IMG/VR virus record: IMGVR_UViG_2675903060_000001
Span: 1 to 64,000 of that record
DNA from: a virus
Taxonomy: Duplodnaviria > Caudoviricetes
DNA length: 64,000 nt
Direction: 5' to 3' (one strand)
Positions 1 to 9,377 of the stretch are shown in pieces (position 1 is the stretch's first letter; the number at the start of each line of letters is the position of its first letter). A program made the position numbers and the translations under genes. The notes below the pieces were generated by a model. It had not been told where the DNA came from. It worked only from the letters and a program-made list of their open reading frames with translations, and did not search any database.

Positions 1-270
1 CTCGGGGATGCCGAGCTGGTCGCAGTAGTAGTTGATGGCCTGCTCCCAGACGTCTCGGACGCCCAGGCCGGTGTTTTCGCAGGCGGCGTCCATGCGGTCG
101 ATGGTGTACGCGTCCAGGCGGGTGCCGGTGTTGATGAGGTTGGTCCAGCGGACGCCTTTGGTGCGGCCGGGTGCGGGGCGTGTTCGCGGTTTCGCCAACG
201 AAGCGGTGTCGTCTTCTCCGGGGGGTTGGAAGGTGACCTGGCGTGGGTCGGTTTGGCGGCGGCGGGCCAC
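1..270 (-). CDS. Ribbon-helix-helix-like DNA-binding protein, 3' end truncated by the window edge
   Basis: Hand translation MARRRQTDP...LINTGTRLDAYTIDRMDAACENTGLGVRDVWEQAINYYCDQLGIPE; GGAG RBS before GTG 270; beta-helix-helix pattern; absent from ORF track. Confidence 0.6.
   Translation of the reverse strand, partial: MARRRQTDPRQVTFQPPGEDDTASLAKPRTRPAPGRTKGVRWTNLINTGTRLDAYTIDRMDAACENTGLGVRDVWEQAINYYCDQLGIPE
181..200. promoter_or_regulatory. Degenerate copy of the dispersed 20-bp palindrome
   Basis: TGTTCGCGGTTTCGCCAACG, 3 mismatches to consensus. Confidence 0.5.
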
Positions 271-493
271 GTGGCGCTCCCGGTGGTGTGGCGGGTGTGG
301 TTGTTCAGGGTGATCTCTACCGTAGTCCTGCGCGTGTCTCCCGACAAAGCAGTGTCCGTTTTGTCCGTTTCTGTGAGGCGTTGAGAGCGCCGCAGCACCT
401 ATGTAAAGGTGTGGGGAGAGGTAGACTCGGAAGGGAATCGATCAAGCCGTCTCCGGTCACCACAGCCACGCGGAGAGGCATCTCTGGCAGGCT

Positions 494-513
494 CGTTGGC
501 GGAACCGCTAACG
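494..513. promoter_or_regulatory. Dispersed 20-bp palindrome
   Basis: CGTTGGCGGAACCGCTAACG directly before RBS GAAAGGA. Confidence 0.75.
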
Positions 514-531
514 GAAAGGATCATGAATGCG

Positions 532-612
532 ATGAGCGACCCCACCACCACCGAACCCATCGAGCCGGGCGGGACCTACGTCCCCGCTCGGCAGCCCGAG
601 GAGCGATCCTGA
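532..612 (+). CDS. Possible 26-aa small protein
   Basis: GAAAGGA RBS; stop overlaps next ATG (TGATG). Confidence 0.35.
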   Translation: MSDPTTTEPIEPGGTYVPARQPEERS

Positions 613-962
613 TGCCTCACGGCACGCTCGGCAGCTCAGCCGCACAACTGCTCATCCACGTTGTGTCTCACCAGGACGACACCGAAGGCCACCCCGCCCT
701 GGCGGACTCTGTCGGCCGCCGCGACCTGCGGCTCATCGACCACGGTAACCAGCACACCTTCGTCATCGAGGGCGATCCGGGCGAGCTGGCCGACTTCGTC
801 GCGAGTCTCGCGGTGGCCGTCGCCCAGGAACTCGACGGCGTCGTGGACGTGGCCGGCCGGGTGCACGCCTCCCTCGTCGTGAACGAACTCCTCCCCACCG
901 GTGGCCCGGCCCAGGCCGCCGAGACCTCAACGTTCGCCACTCAGCCGGAAGGAACCCGATGA
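612..962 (+). CDS. Hypothetical protein
   Basis: High GC3; coupled to next gene. Confidence 0.65.
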   Translation: MPHGTLGSSAAQLLIHVVSHQDDTEGHPALADSVGRRDLRLIDHGNQHTFVIEGDPGELADFVASLAVAVAQELDGVVDVAGRVHASLVVNELLPTGGPAQAAETSTFATQPEGTR

Positions 963-1327
963 GCGCCAACACGTGCACCACCGAGAGCGTGAACACCAGC
1001 GGCACGGACGTGATCGCCTACGCCACCCGAGACGACCTCGTGAACCTCGTGCGGAAGCTGCTCCTCCCGCGAGGCAACGACGGCTCGACGTTCGGGGAGA
1101 CGCAGATCGGGTCGGCCACCGTGGACGGCTTCTTGGAGAACCCGGTGTGCGTGCACCGCGCCGCACACCAGATCGCCGCTCTGGCCGAGAGCGGCGAACT
1201 CAACGAGGACGAATGGCCCGAGCTGTACGAGCACCCCGACGAGCTCATCGAGGAGCACGACCCCGACGCGGACCGCAGCGCCGCCCAGGAAATCGTCACC
1301 CTGCTCACGGAGGCGTGGGGGCTATGA
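959..1327 (+). CDS. Hypothetical acidic protein
   Basis: ATGA overlap, GGAAGGA RBS. Confidence 0.7.
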   Translation: MSANTCTTESVNTSGTDVIAYATRDDLVNLVRKLLLPRGNDGSTFGETQIGSATVDGFLENPVCVHRAAHQIAALAESGELNEDEWPELYEHPDELIEEHDPDADRSAAQEIVTLLTEAWGL

Positions 1328-1650
1328 GCGGCCGACTCGACTGGCACAGCTACCACGGTCGCCTCACGGGAGACAACATCGACGGGGTCGCCGACCGGCT
1401 CCGCGCCACCCTCGACGGCCGCCGGTTCATCCTCGTGCGCAGCTCTCCCAGCAGCAATGACGGCACTCCGCAGGTGACGACCGGGTGCGTGCTCAACTCC
1501 CCGATCCAGGTCGTTGTCCTCGGCGACTTCATCGCCGGGGAAGGGTCTCGGGTCGCGTTCGAGGGCCACGCGTTCACCATCTCCGAGCGCTCACCGAGCG
1601 GTCACCTGCACCACTACGTGTTCGCCCCGGAAGGCGGCGACGCGTGCTGA
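1324..1650 (+). CDS. Hypothetical protein
   Basis: ATGA overlap; MSGRLDWHSYHG... Confidence 0.65.
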   Translation: MSGRLDWHSYHGRLTGDNIDGVADRLRATLDGRRFILVRSSPSSNDGTPQVTTGCVLNSPIQVVVLGDFIAGEGSRVAFEGHAFTISERSPSGHLHHYVFAPEGGDAC

Positions 1651-2069
1651 AGGCCGTAACGATCTGGCAGCCCTGGTCCTGGGCCGTCGCTGCCGACCTC
1701 AAGCCCGTCGAGAACCGCACCCGCGCCACCCGGCACCGAGGCGAGATCGCTATCCACGCCGGGAAGCACTGGGACGAGATCGGGGCGTGCGACTGGCGCG
1801 TCATGGAGGCCGCCCGGTCGGAGATGCCGCTGACGGCCGATGACCCGCGGTTCGTGTTCGGCGCGATCATCGCCGTCGCCGAGCTGGTGGACGTGACCCG
1901 CGATGGTCCGGCGCCGTGGGCGGAGCCGGGCCAGGTGCACTGGCTGCTGGCCGGCGTGCGCCCGCTCGCCGACCCGGTGCCGTGCCGGGGCTGGCAGAAC
2001 GTGTGGGACGTGCCGCCCGACGTCGAGGTCGTGGTGCGCGCTCAGCTCGATCGAAAGGTCAGGACATGA
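1644..2069 (+). CDS. ASCH domain protein
   Basis: KAVTIWQPWSWAV..GLKPVENR-like (DLKPVENR)..HRGEIAIHAG signature. Confidence 0.88.
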   Translation: MLKAVTIWQPWSWAVAADLKPVENRTRATRHRGEIAIHAGKHWDEIGACDWRVMEAARSEMPLTADDPRFVFGAIIAVAELVDVTRDGPAPWAEPGQVHWLLAGVRPLADPVPCRGWQNVWDVPPDVEVVVRAQLDRKVRT

Positions 2070-2443
2070 TCGGACCCGGTCACTGGGCCACAGGCATCAG
2101 CGTCCGCTGCGACAGCCGAGGTGGCTGGGGAGCGCACGTGGACTTCTACGACGAGGGGCACGGAGACGACGACCCCGGCCGCGGCCGGATCTCCACGGAA
2201 GGCACGCTCAGGACGCGGTACTTCGTTGGGGGTAGTGGCCAGGTGGATGCGCTGACCGTCGCCATCGACACGGTGAAGGCCGACGCCGAGAAGCTGGGCA
2301 TCGTCTGGAGAGACCCCACCGTGTACTACGAAGGCGGCGGCGAAAGCCAGGGCTACCCCCCGCCGGAGGGCTGGGAGAACCTGGTAAACCGGCACGCCGC
2401 CCGGCTCGGCTGGCGTTCCTGCTACCGCCAGGACACGACGTGA
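2066..2443 (+). CDS. Hypothetical protein
   Basis: ATGA overlap, high GC3. Confidence 0.7.
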   Translation: MIGPGHWATGISVRCDSRGGWGAHVDFYDEGHGDDDPGRGRISTEGTLRTRYFVGGSGQVDALTVAIDTVKADAEKLGIVWRDPTVYYEGGGESQGYPPPEGWENLVNRHAARLGWRSCYRQDTT

Positions 2444-2601
2444 CGATCAAGCCGCTGGTGGACCCGGAGGTGCACTGCAACTGGTGCGGCAGAGGCCCTG
2501 AGCCGCGGCGGATCGTCGTCACCGGGGCGGGCATGGCGATCTGTGACGACTGCGTGGACCTCGCGGTCGTCCTCATCGAGGAGGAGAAGAAACGGGGGTA
2601 G
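2440..2601 (+). CDS. Stand-alone ClpX C4-type zinc-finger protein (53 aa)
   Basis: MTIKPLVDPEVHCNWCGRGPEPRRIVVTGAGMAICDDCVDLAVVLIEEEKKRG matches the ClpX pattern CxxCG..LIAGPGVYICDECV..IIEEE; GTGA overlap. Confidence 0.8.
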   Translation: MTIKPLVDPEVHCNWCGRGPEPRRIVVTGAGMAICDDCVDLAVVLIEEEKKRG

Positions 2602-2772
2602 AGTCCCCGCGAACATCTGGCCGCCGGGCCGGATGACCACATAGAGTGCCCCGTACGCGCGCGTGATCTGCATACTCCGCGCACCGTGAAGGCCCCGTCC
2701 GGACGTCCACCCTTCCGGGCGGGGTCTTCGCGTTCCTATACACAGGTTCGGCTTTCCGGGTACGGTAGGCGC

Positions 2773-3258
2773 ATGATCCGCTCCGACGCCAAGTACCCGC
2801 AAGTCGCTGCCGCCATCGCCGCTGACATCGACGCGGGCCGGCTGAAGCCCGGTGACCAGCTCCCGACCGAACTGGAAATCGGCGCCCAGTATGGCGTCGG
2901 CCGCACCACCGTGCGGCAAGCGGTCCGGCTGCTGCGCGAGCAGGGCCGCGTCGCCACGGTGCCCGCGAAGGGCACCTACGTGACCGGCGGGAAGACGAGC
3001 GCCCCCGTGCCGCCGTCCCGCCGCCTGGTCGAAGACCTCCGCGAAGCCATCACGTCCGGCAGGCTCAAGCCGGGTGACCCGCTGCCGCCAGAGGAGGAGC
3101 TGATGCAGCGGTACGGGCTGGCCGCGATCACCATCACGATCGCACTGCGCAAGCTCCGCGCCGAAGGGCTCGTCCACCACGTGCCCGGCCGCGGCCGGTT
3201 CGCCGGCCCGGACCCGCGCAAGCGCTACCCGGAATCTGCGGAAGAAGCTGGGCTCTAA
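2773..3258 (+). CDS. Tandem GntR winged-HTH regulator (two DNA-binding domains, no effector domain)
   Basis: GRLKPGDQLPTELE..GVGRTTVRQA and GRLKPGDPLPPEEEL..GLAAITITIAL. Confidence 0.88.
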   Translation: MIRSDAKYPQVAAAIAADIDAGRLKPGDQLPTELEIGAQYGVGRTTVRQAVRLLREQGRVATVPAKGTYVTGGKTSAPVPPSRRLVEDLREAITSGRLKPGDPLPPEEELMQRYGLAAITITIALRKLRAEGLVHHVPGRGRFAGPDPRKRYPESAEEAGL

Positions 3259-3298
3259 CGTCCGAAGCCCGCGGTGTCCAACGCAATGAGCGGAAGAG

Positions 3299-4156
3299 AT
3301 GCTCGAAATGTCTGAGTCGCGAGTCAGTCCGCCGTACCGGCTGCGACTGCTCGGCATGGAACTCGCCCGGCTACGCGCCGCTCGCGGCATGACCGGCGCC
3401 CAGGTCGCGCACGTGGCCGGCGTCACCCCCTCCGCGCTGTCGCGGCTGGAGCGCGGCCGGAACACGTACGTGACCGCCGGGGATGTCCGGCGGCTTCTCG
3501 ACTGCTACCAGGCCAGCACGCAGGACGAGACGACATGCTTGCGGCTGGTGGCTGAAGGTCGAGGCACGCCGTACTGGGAGCCGTACGAGCGTGCCGGGGC
3601 GCTGAGCGAGCCAGTCGAGTACGTCGCGTTGGAGACCGAAGCCCGCGAGGTCCGCTACTGGCATCCGCTGATGGTGCCAACCCTGCTCCAGACGTTCGCC
3701 TACGCGCAGGAACTCCTCGCCGCGCAGCACACCGATCCGGCGATGGTGCAGTTGCGGGCGCGGGCACGGATGGCCCGCCAGTGGATCATCCGCTGCGGTG
3801 ACCCGGCGCGGCTGCGGGTCATCGTGGGTGAGGACGCGCTACGGCTCCCGGTGGGTGAGACCGCGGTGATGCGCGGCCAGCTCGTCCGGCTGCTGGACGA
3901 CGCGGCCCTGCCGCATGTGAGCGTCCGCGTGCTGCCCCGGTCGGTCGGAGCGCATCCCGGAATGGCCGGCGGGTTCGTGCTGCTTACGCTGCCGCCGCTC
4001 GGGGATGTGCTGTTCGTGGAGTCCGGCGGTGGGCTGCTGGTCGAGGACGGGCCAGGAGTGGCCGCCTGCTCGGCGGTGTTCGGACAGTTGGACGACCTGG
4101 CGCTGAGCGAGAAGGAGTCGGCGGCCCTGATGCTGCGGGTGTTGCGCGAGAGCTAA
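3299..4156 (+). CDS. Xre HTH + DUF5753 regulator (WhiJ/Scr1-like)
   Basis: LGMELARLRAARGMT..LSRLERG; YVALETEA..VPTLLQTFAYA..RMARQ..GEDAL..MRGQL. Confidence 0.9.
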   Translation: MLEMSESRVSPPYRLRLLGMELARLRAARGMTGAQVAHVAGVTPSALSRLERGRNTYVTAGDVRRLLDCYQASTQDETTCLRLVAEGRGTPYWEPYERAGALSEPVEYVALETEAREVRYWHPLMVPTLLQTFAYAQELLAAQHTDPAMVQLRARARMARQWIIRCGDPARLRVIVGEDALRLPVGETAVMRGQLVRLLDDAALPHVSVRVLPRSVGAHPGMAGGFVLLTLPPLGDVLFVESGGGLLVEDGPGVAACSAVFGQLDDLALSEKESAALMLRVLRES

Positions 4157-4392
4157 CGCGACCGGGTGAGCCGGCGGCTGACTCGGTCGTAGCTGCGCGC
4201 GTACGCCTCATCGAGAGGGCGCCGCTCGGCGGGCCGGACAACGGCGTGCACGGTCGTGGCAGTGGCGAACAGTGCGAGCACGCCGGCGAGCGCCAGCGCG
4301 GCCGGGGCGAACCGGTCGGCGTGAACGGCCAGGAGAACGGCCAGCGCCGCGGCGGCGATGATGCAGGTCCAGATGACGCCCGGCTGGTTCAT
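4153..4392 (-). CDS. Small two-TM membrane protein
   Basis: Two hydrophobic segments and a basic C-terminal tail. Confidence 0.6.
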   Translation of the reverse strand: MNQPGVIWTCIIAAAALAVLLAVHADRFAPAALALAGVLALFATATTVHAVVRPAERRPLDEAYARSYDRVSRRLTRSR

Positions 4393-4617
4393 GACGTTCC
4401 CCCGTTGGTCTGTGATCGAGCGGGTGCGCGGGTCACGCTATCCGTGCGCGGCATTGCCGCGATATGGGCTCCAGGTGCGGTGATGCTAGATCGTTACCCG
4501 TCTTGGAGGAGTCGGTGTCCGGGGCCGGACGAAGCGTTGCCCGCGCTTGGGAACGACTGCGAAGCTGGAGCCACAGCACCCTTTCATCGGCCTGCGCCCC
4601 TACGCGATCGAGGTCAC

Positions 4618-5796
4618 ATGAGCGTCATCAGCTACAGCCCGTACGACCGCGCCATGCACGAGGACCCGTACCCGACGTACGCCCGGCTGCGCGAGCAGGC
4701 GCCCCTCTACCGCAACGACGAGCTCGACTTCTGGGCTCTGACGCGGCACGCCGATGTGCACGCAGCAGGCCGCGACCCGAACACCTACAGCAACAGTTAC
4801 GGCGTTGACCTGGGCTTATGGTCGAAAGACATGGCCCGGCGCCAATCGTTCATCGCGATGGACCCGCCCGAGCACACCCAGTTCCGCGCCCTGATCAGCC
4901 GCGCGTTCACGCCCCGCCGAGTCGGCGAGCTGGAGCCGTTCGTCCGGCGGATCACGCGGGAACGGCTGCGCGCCGTGCTCGACGCGGGCGGCGACTTCGA
5001 CTTCATCCACCTCGTGCAGGACATACCCGCCGACGTGATCAGCGAGCTCGTCGGGGTGCCCGCAGCGGACCGCAAGCAGATCCTCGCCTGGTCCAATGAC
5101 AACATCCTGCGCGATGAGACCACGGGCGCGGTCACCGAAGCGTCGGCCGCCGCCACGCTGAACCTCGTGACGTACTACGCCGAGCTGATCGCTGAGCGGC
5201 GTGCCCGGCCCGGCAACGACATGGTGTCAGCGCTGATCGAGGCCGAGATCGACGGTCAGCGGCTGTCCGACCAGGACGTGGGTGCCGTGCTGCTGCTCCT
5301 GGGCGTCGCCGGCAACGAGTCCACCACGAAGGTACTGGGCAACGCGTGGCTCCAGGCGGCCCGCCACCCTGACCAGCGCAGCGTCGTCTTCGGCGACCCT
5401 GCCCGGATCGGAGACTGGGTGGAGGAGACGCTGCGGTTCGACTCCTCCGGCCACATGACCGCTCGGCACGTCACTCGGGATGTCGAGTGGTACGGCACCA
5501 CGGTTCCGGCGGGGGCGCGGATGCTGCTCATCTTCGCCGCCGCCAACCGGGACCCTGCGGTCTTCTCCGACCCGGACGTGTTCGACCTCGGCCGGGACCG
5601 CTCTCGCACGCTCGCGTTCGGCACCGGGCCGCACTTCTGTCTCGGCGCGAGCCTGGCGCGGCTCGAAAACCGCGTCGTGCTGGAGGAACTGGTCACCGCC
5701 GTGCACGAGGACTATCAGGTGGGCGAGCCCGTCCGCGTGTACCACCCGAGTATCCACGGGCTGTCCAGCCTGCCGACCACCGTCAGAGCGCGCTAG
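4618..5796 (+). CDS. Cytochrome P450, CYP123-like
   Basis: HEDPYPTY..LREQAPLYRN, MDPPEH, AGNESTT I-helix, EETLR, ANRD, FGTGPHFCLG heme ligand; GAGG RBS. Confidence 0.95.
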   Translation: MSVISYSPYDRAMHEDPYPTYARLREQAPLYRNDELDFWALTRHADVHAAGRDPNTYSNSYGVDLGLWSKDMARRQSFIAMDPPEHTQFRALISRAFTPRRVGELEPFVRRITRERLRAVLDAGGDFDFIHLVQDIPADVISELVGVPAADRKQILAWSNDNILRDETTGAVTEASAAATLNLVTYYAELIAERRARPGNDMVSALIEAEIDGQRLSDQDVGAVLLLLGVAGNESTTKVLGNAWLQAARHPDQRSVVFGDPARIGDWVEETLRFDSSGHMTARHVTRDVEWYGTTVPAGARMLLIFAAANRDPAVFSDPDVFDLGRDRSRTLAFGTGPHFCLGASLARLENRVVLEELVTAVHEDYQVGEPVRVYHPSIHGLSSLPTTVRAR

Positions 5797-6596
5797 CGGA
5801 CGCGGCCGACGCCCGCCAGAAGGCCGAGCCGGTCGCCGGGGACCCCTTCGGTGATCCCGTCAGGGCGCCAGTCGGTGACCGGCACCAGGCCGGGCTCCAC
5901 CAGGTCGAGCCCGGTGAAGAACCGCTCGATCTCGGCTCTGGTGCGCATCTGGTACGGCATGGCGCTCTCGTACACCTGGCCGATGGCGGCGGCGTTCTGG
6001 CGGTCGTGTTTTTCGCCGGTCCCATGACTGATGACGACGTAGCTGCCAGGCCCGAGCGCCGCGGTGAGGGTCGCCACCACCTGGTCGGCGTTCTGCCGGT
6101 CCGGCACGAAGTGCAGCAGTCCCACCATGAGCAGAGCGAGAGGCTGGGAGAAGTCGAGGAAGCCGGCCACCTGTGGGTCGGTGAGGATGGCGTGCGGCTC
6201 GCGTGCGTCGCCGAGCAGCACTCGCACCAGCTCGCCCTTGTGGCCGGCCATGAGCGCCCGGCCGTGGGCGATCACCACAGGGTCGTTGTCCACGTAGACG
6301 ACGCGCGCTTCGGGGGATATCTCGTGCACGTTCCCTTGGGAGGGCAGCCCGGCCCCGATGTCGAGGAACTGCCGGATGCCCTGTTCGGTGAGGAAGGTGA
6401 CGGCGCGGCGCAGGAAGTGCCGGTTCTCCCGTGATGCCTCCACGACGACCGGCTCCAGGGTTTGCACCTTGCGGGCCGCTGCGACGTCGGCGGGGAAGTG
6501 ATCCTTGCCGCCCAGAAAGTAGTTATACATGCGCGCGGCGTTCGGGACGTCCGGGTCCACAGCGCGCCAGTCTAAGGAGCCGTTCATGGCGATCAC
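5793..6596 (-). CDS. SAM-dependent methyltransferase (Methyltransf_19/DUF574 family)
   Basis: PNAARMYNYFLGGKDHF, GIRQFLDIGAGLP, VVYVDNDPVV, LVEPGLVPVTDWRP. Confidence 0.92.
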   Translation of the reverse strand: MIAMNGSLDWRAVDPDVPNAARMYNYFLGGKDHFPADVAAARKVQTLEPVVVEASRENRHFLRRAVTFLTEQGIRQFLDIGAGLPSQGNVHEISPEARVVYVDNDPVVIAHGRALMAGHKGELVRVLLGDAREPHAILTDPQVAGFLDFSQPLALLMVGLLHFVPDRQNADQVVATLTAALGPGSYVVISHGTGEKHDRQNAAAIGQVYESAMPYQMRTRAEIERFFTGLDLVEPGLVPVTDWRPDGITEGVPGDRLGLLAGVGRVR

Positions 6597-7936
6597 CCTA
6601 ATCCGGGGTCGCCGGAATGATTCGCTTCACACACCGTCCGGATGCGGGCCAGTTCCTTGATCGCGTCGTCCGGCTGGGTCGCCGACACCGCGAGACGCCC
6701 GTGCGCCGTCGAGTACGCCATCACGCTCGCCGCGTCGGCCAGCATCGTGTCTTCGCGAAGCGACGGCAGCCACACCACGTCCGGGTTTCCCTTGCCTGGC
6801 AGCCGCATCAGCGAGAACGTGCCGCCGCGCGGCCGGTACCTGTCCGGGCCGCTGCGGTTGATCTGGATGCGGACTCTGCTGTCCGGCCGGGCGGCCAGCT
6901 CCATCAGGTGATCGATTTGGCGGAGCTGCACATCGATGCCGCCCAGATTGTCCAGCAGGACGCTCTCCTGAAGGACCGCCCAGATCACGGCATCGTTCTC
7001 CAGGAAACGCCGCTGCCGCTCACCCACGATTTCCAGTGCCAGGTCGAACTGGTCGGCCGCGACCTGCGGGAAGTGGGCGGCCTGCCGGACCGCCAGCGCG
7101 TAGTCGGGGTGCTGGAGCAGCGCGGGCACGGTAGCGTTGTCGTAGAGACGAATCAGCTCGGCGCTGTCCTCCATCTCCAGATAGGCCAGCAGCCACACCG
7201 GCAGCCGCCCGAAGAAGCGGTACCACCACCGGTCATCGAGCAGGCCCGCCGCAGCCGATGTGAACAGCTTCTGCTGGTAGACGTCCACCACCCCGTACCG
7301 GGTCAGGAGCGCGCTGAGCATCGCCGGCGACGGCGGCGTACTGCCCGCCTCGATACTTTCGACCAGGCCCGGTTCGCCGCCGACCACCAGGTCGGCTTCC
7401 GCCGTGGACAGGCTCGCGGCTTTGCGTAGTTCCCGGAGCCGACCGCCCACGCGGTTCGGCAGGGGATGAGCGGGAGCGAGCGCCTGCGCCACCTCCTGGG
7501 CGGTGAACGGATGGTAGACGTGCAGGGTCGTGTCGTCGGCCACGGCAGGGCGCGGTGCCGTGTTCCGTCCGGCCGAGGGCATCCGGTCAGCTCGCCGCGC
7601 CAGGTCGAGCACGACCCGCATCGCCTCGCGCGACTCGATCGACAGGCCCGCGAACGGTGCCTCGTCGGCCGGGTCCGGTTCGCCGAGCAGGTACGAGGCG
7701 CGTACCTGGAGGACCTGGGCCAGCGCTCGTAGCCGCCCGATCGTGGGGTTGCGTTGCGTGCCGGTCCTGAGCTGCGTGATGTAGGCGCGCGTCATGCGCA
7801 CGCCCGTCTGTTCCATGACCATGTCGGCGACCTGCTGGTCCACGAGGCCCCGCCGTGCCATGACGTCCCGTAGCCGTTCGGCGAACTTTTCCACCAGGAT
7901 CGTCTCCCTTGACGTGTTGACACGGTGTGCCCCCAC
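6593..7936 (-). CDS. Composite regulator: EspR-like HTH + second Xre HTH + DUF5753
   Basis: RAYITQLRTGTQRNPT..LAQVLQVRASYL; VGGRLRELRK; YLEMEDSA..VPALLQHPDYA; exact start uncertain. Confidence 0.85.
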   Translation of the reverse strand: MGAHRVNTSRETILVEKFAERLRDVMARRGLVDQQVADMVMEQTGVRMTRAYITQLRTGTQRNPTIGRLRALAQVLQVRASYLLGEPDPADEAPFAGLSIESREAMRVVLDLARRADRMPSAGRNTAPRPAVADDTTLHVYHPFTAQEVAQALAPAHPLPNRVGGRLRELRKAASLSTAEADLVVGGEPGLVESIEAGSTPPSPAMLSALLTRYGVVDVYQQKLFTSAAAGLLDDRWWYRFFGRLPVWLLAYLEMEDSAELIRLYDNATVPALLQHPDYALAVRQAAHFPQVAADQFDLALEIVGERQRRFLENDAVIWAVLQESVLLDNLGGIDVQLRQIDHLMELAARPDSRVRIQINRSGPDRYRPRGGTFSLMRLPGKGNPDVVWLPSLREDTMLADAASVMAYSTAHGRLAVSATQPDDAIKELARIRTVCEANHSGDPGLG

Positions 7937-8088
7937 GGGCGAACATCGGACGCCGATGTAAGTGGCGACCGAGAAAATGTAACTGCCGCCGCATGGTGAT
8001 GGCTATCGTTGGGAGTCCTCGTGACCAATCCCCGCTCAGGAACCACCCCGGCCGCCACTCGCCTTGGTTCCCGGAACGGCTACGGGGG

Positions 8089-8457
8089 ATGGTGACCCGG
8101 CCACCGCGAGGGAGACGAGGCCGAACACAGGGCCGGACTCGGCACGGAACTCGGTGGCCGGCCGACCTCGCCTCGCTGACGGCGGGTTTGATGGCGCCCG
8201 TGGTGGTGCTGGCCGCTGCCGAAGTTGTGCCGTTCACCGCGCTGCTGCTGGCGGCGTGGCTGATCGTGCCGCTGCACGCCGGGGGCCGCCTGATCGCTGA
8301 TGTCCGCTACGGGCTGGCGTGGTGGTCGGCCTCACGCGCGGGGGCTCGTCACGCTCGTGAGCTTGCGCGCGCCGCTCGTGAGAAAAAACTTCAGGAACGT
8401 GACAACCGTTCGCTTCTCACTGGCGTCACACAAGGCGGCATCCACCACAACAGGTAG
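8089..8457 (+). CDS. Putative membrane protein
   Basis: Hydrophobic LMAPVVVLAAAEVVPFTALLLAAWLIVPL; start uncertain. Confidence 0.5.
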   Translation: MVTRPPRGRRGRTQGRTRHGTRWPADLASLTAGLMAPVVVLAAAEVVPFTALLLAAWLIVPLHAGGRLIADVRYGLAWWSASRAGARHARELARAAREKKLQERDNRSLLTGVTQGGIHHNR

Positions 8458-8600
8458 GCAAGAGGCAGGAGCGGGGGCTCGGTGACACACCTCGGAGCGG
8501 GTCGAGCGGCAGGCCAGACGGCCACGTTGCCGTGCTGCTCCCCTCGTGCCACGAGGACGGTCAGCGGAGACGCCGGCCCCCGGCGGAGGAGCGGCGACGT

Positions 8601-9092
8601 TCAGCGGGTGGTGGCCTGCTCGCGGTCGAGGACCTGCCGGGTCCTCTCCAGCAGGAACCGCTTCATGCGAGCCTTCTCCGCGTCGGAGGCTTTCAACGCG
8701 TCGATGTCCGCGTACGCCTTCCGGAGAAAGCCTTCCAAGGCGTCGGCCGCGCGGGTGGCGGCTTGCTCGGCGGCGGCGGCTTTGTCCTCCTGGTCGGTGA
8801 GGATCTGGCGCAGGAGGTCGGCGGCGACGGTGCGGCCGGTGGCGGCGAGCTCGTCGGCGGGGGCGCCGACGCCCCAGGCCCACCAGGCGAGGTCCTTGTC
8901 TGAGATGTCGGTGACCATGCCGGATTCTCGTCGTCGCCAGAACTGTTCGTTGAACTTGTGCCCGGACGCTTCGCTGATCTTTCGTGCGAGGGGGCGGACG
9001 CCGAGTTCGGGTTCGGGGCTGCCCTCGCGCTTGCGGTAGCGGACGAGGAGCGCCATTTCAGGGCTGAGCTGGGTGGTCCTGGTGGCGGTCAT
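8601..9092 (-). CDS. Putative phage repressor (Xre-like HTH)
   Basis: LGVRPLARKIS..FNEQFWRRRESG; divergent from the main early operon. Confidence 0.6.
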   Translation of the reverse strand: MTATRTTQLSPEMALLVRYRKREGSPEPELGVRPLARKISEASGHKFNEQFWRRRESGMVTDISDKDLAWWAWGVGAPADELAATGRTVAADLLRQILTDQEDKAAAAEQAATRAADALEGFLRKAYADIDALKASDAEKARMKRFLLERTRQVLDREQATTR

Positions 9093-9185
9093 CTGGTGGT
9101 ATCCCCTCGTGGCGTGCCGTGGCGGGCTGGGATCGACGCGAGCGTATCACCCGTGTTGGCGTCGGTCGCGTCTCAATGTCATCAG

Positions 9186-9217
9186 TCAAGATCATTAACA
9201 GTGGTTACTGATCTTGA
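9186..9217. promoter_or_regulatory. Inverted-repeat operator in the divergent promoter region
   Basis: TCAAGATCATTAAC-AGTG-GTTACTGATCTTGA, 14-bp arms with 1 mismatch, AT-rich. Confidence 0.7.
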
Positions 9218-9377
9218 TTCGCCGCTCAGTCGGCGGCGCGAGCGACGCGCCAGAGCCGTGACATCTGCGCCGCAAAGGCGTAGGCTGGAGGTGTCGCGAG
9301 ACACGCCAGACCAAGATCAACAAGTCTTGCGGCGACCACCACCACCAGCGGAAACGCCACATCCGCACCCGCCCCGA

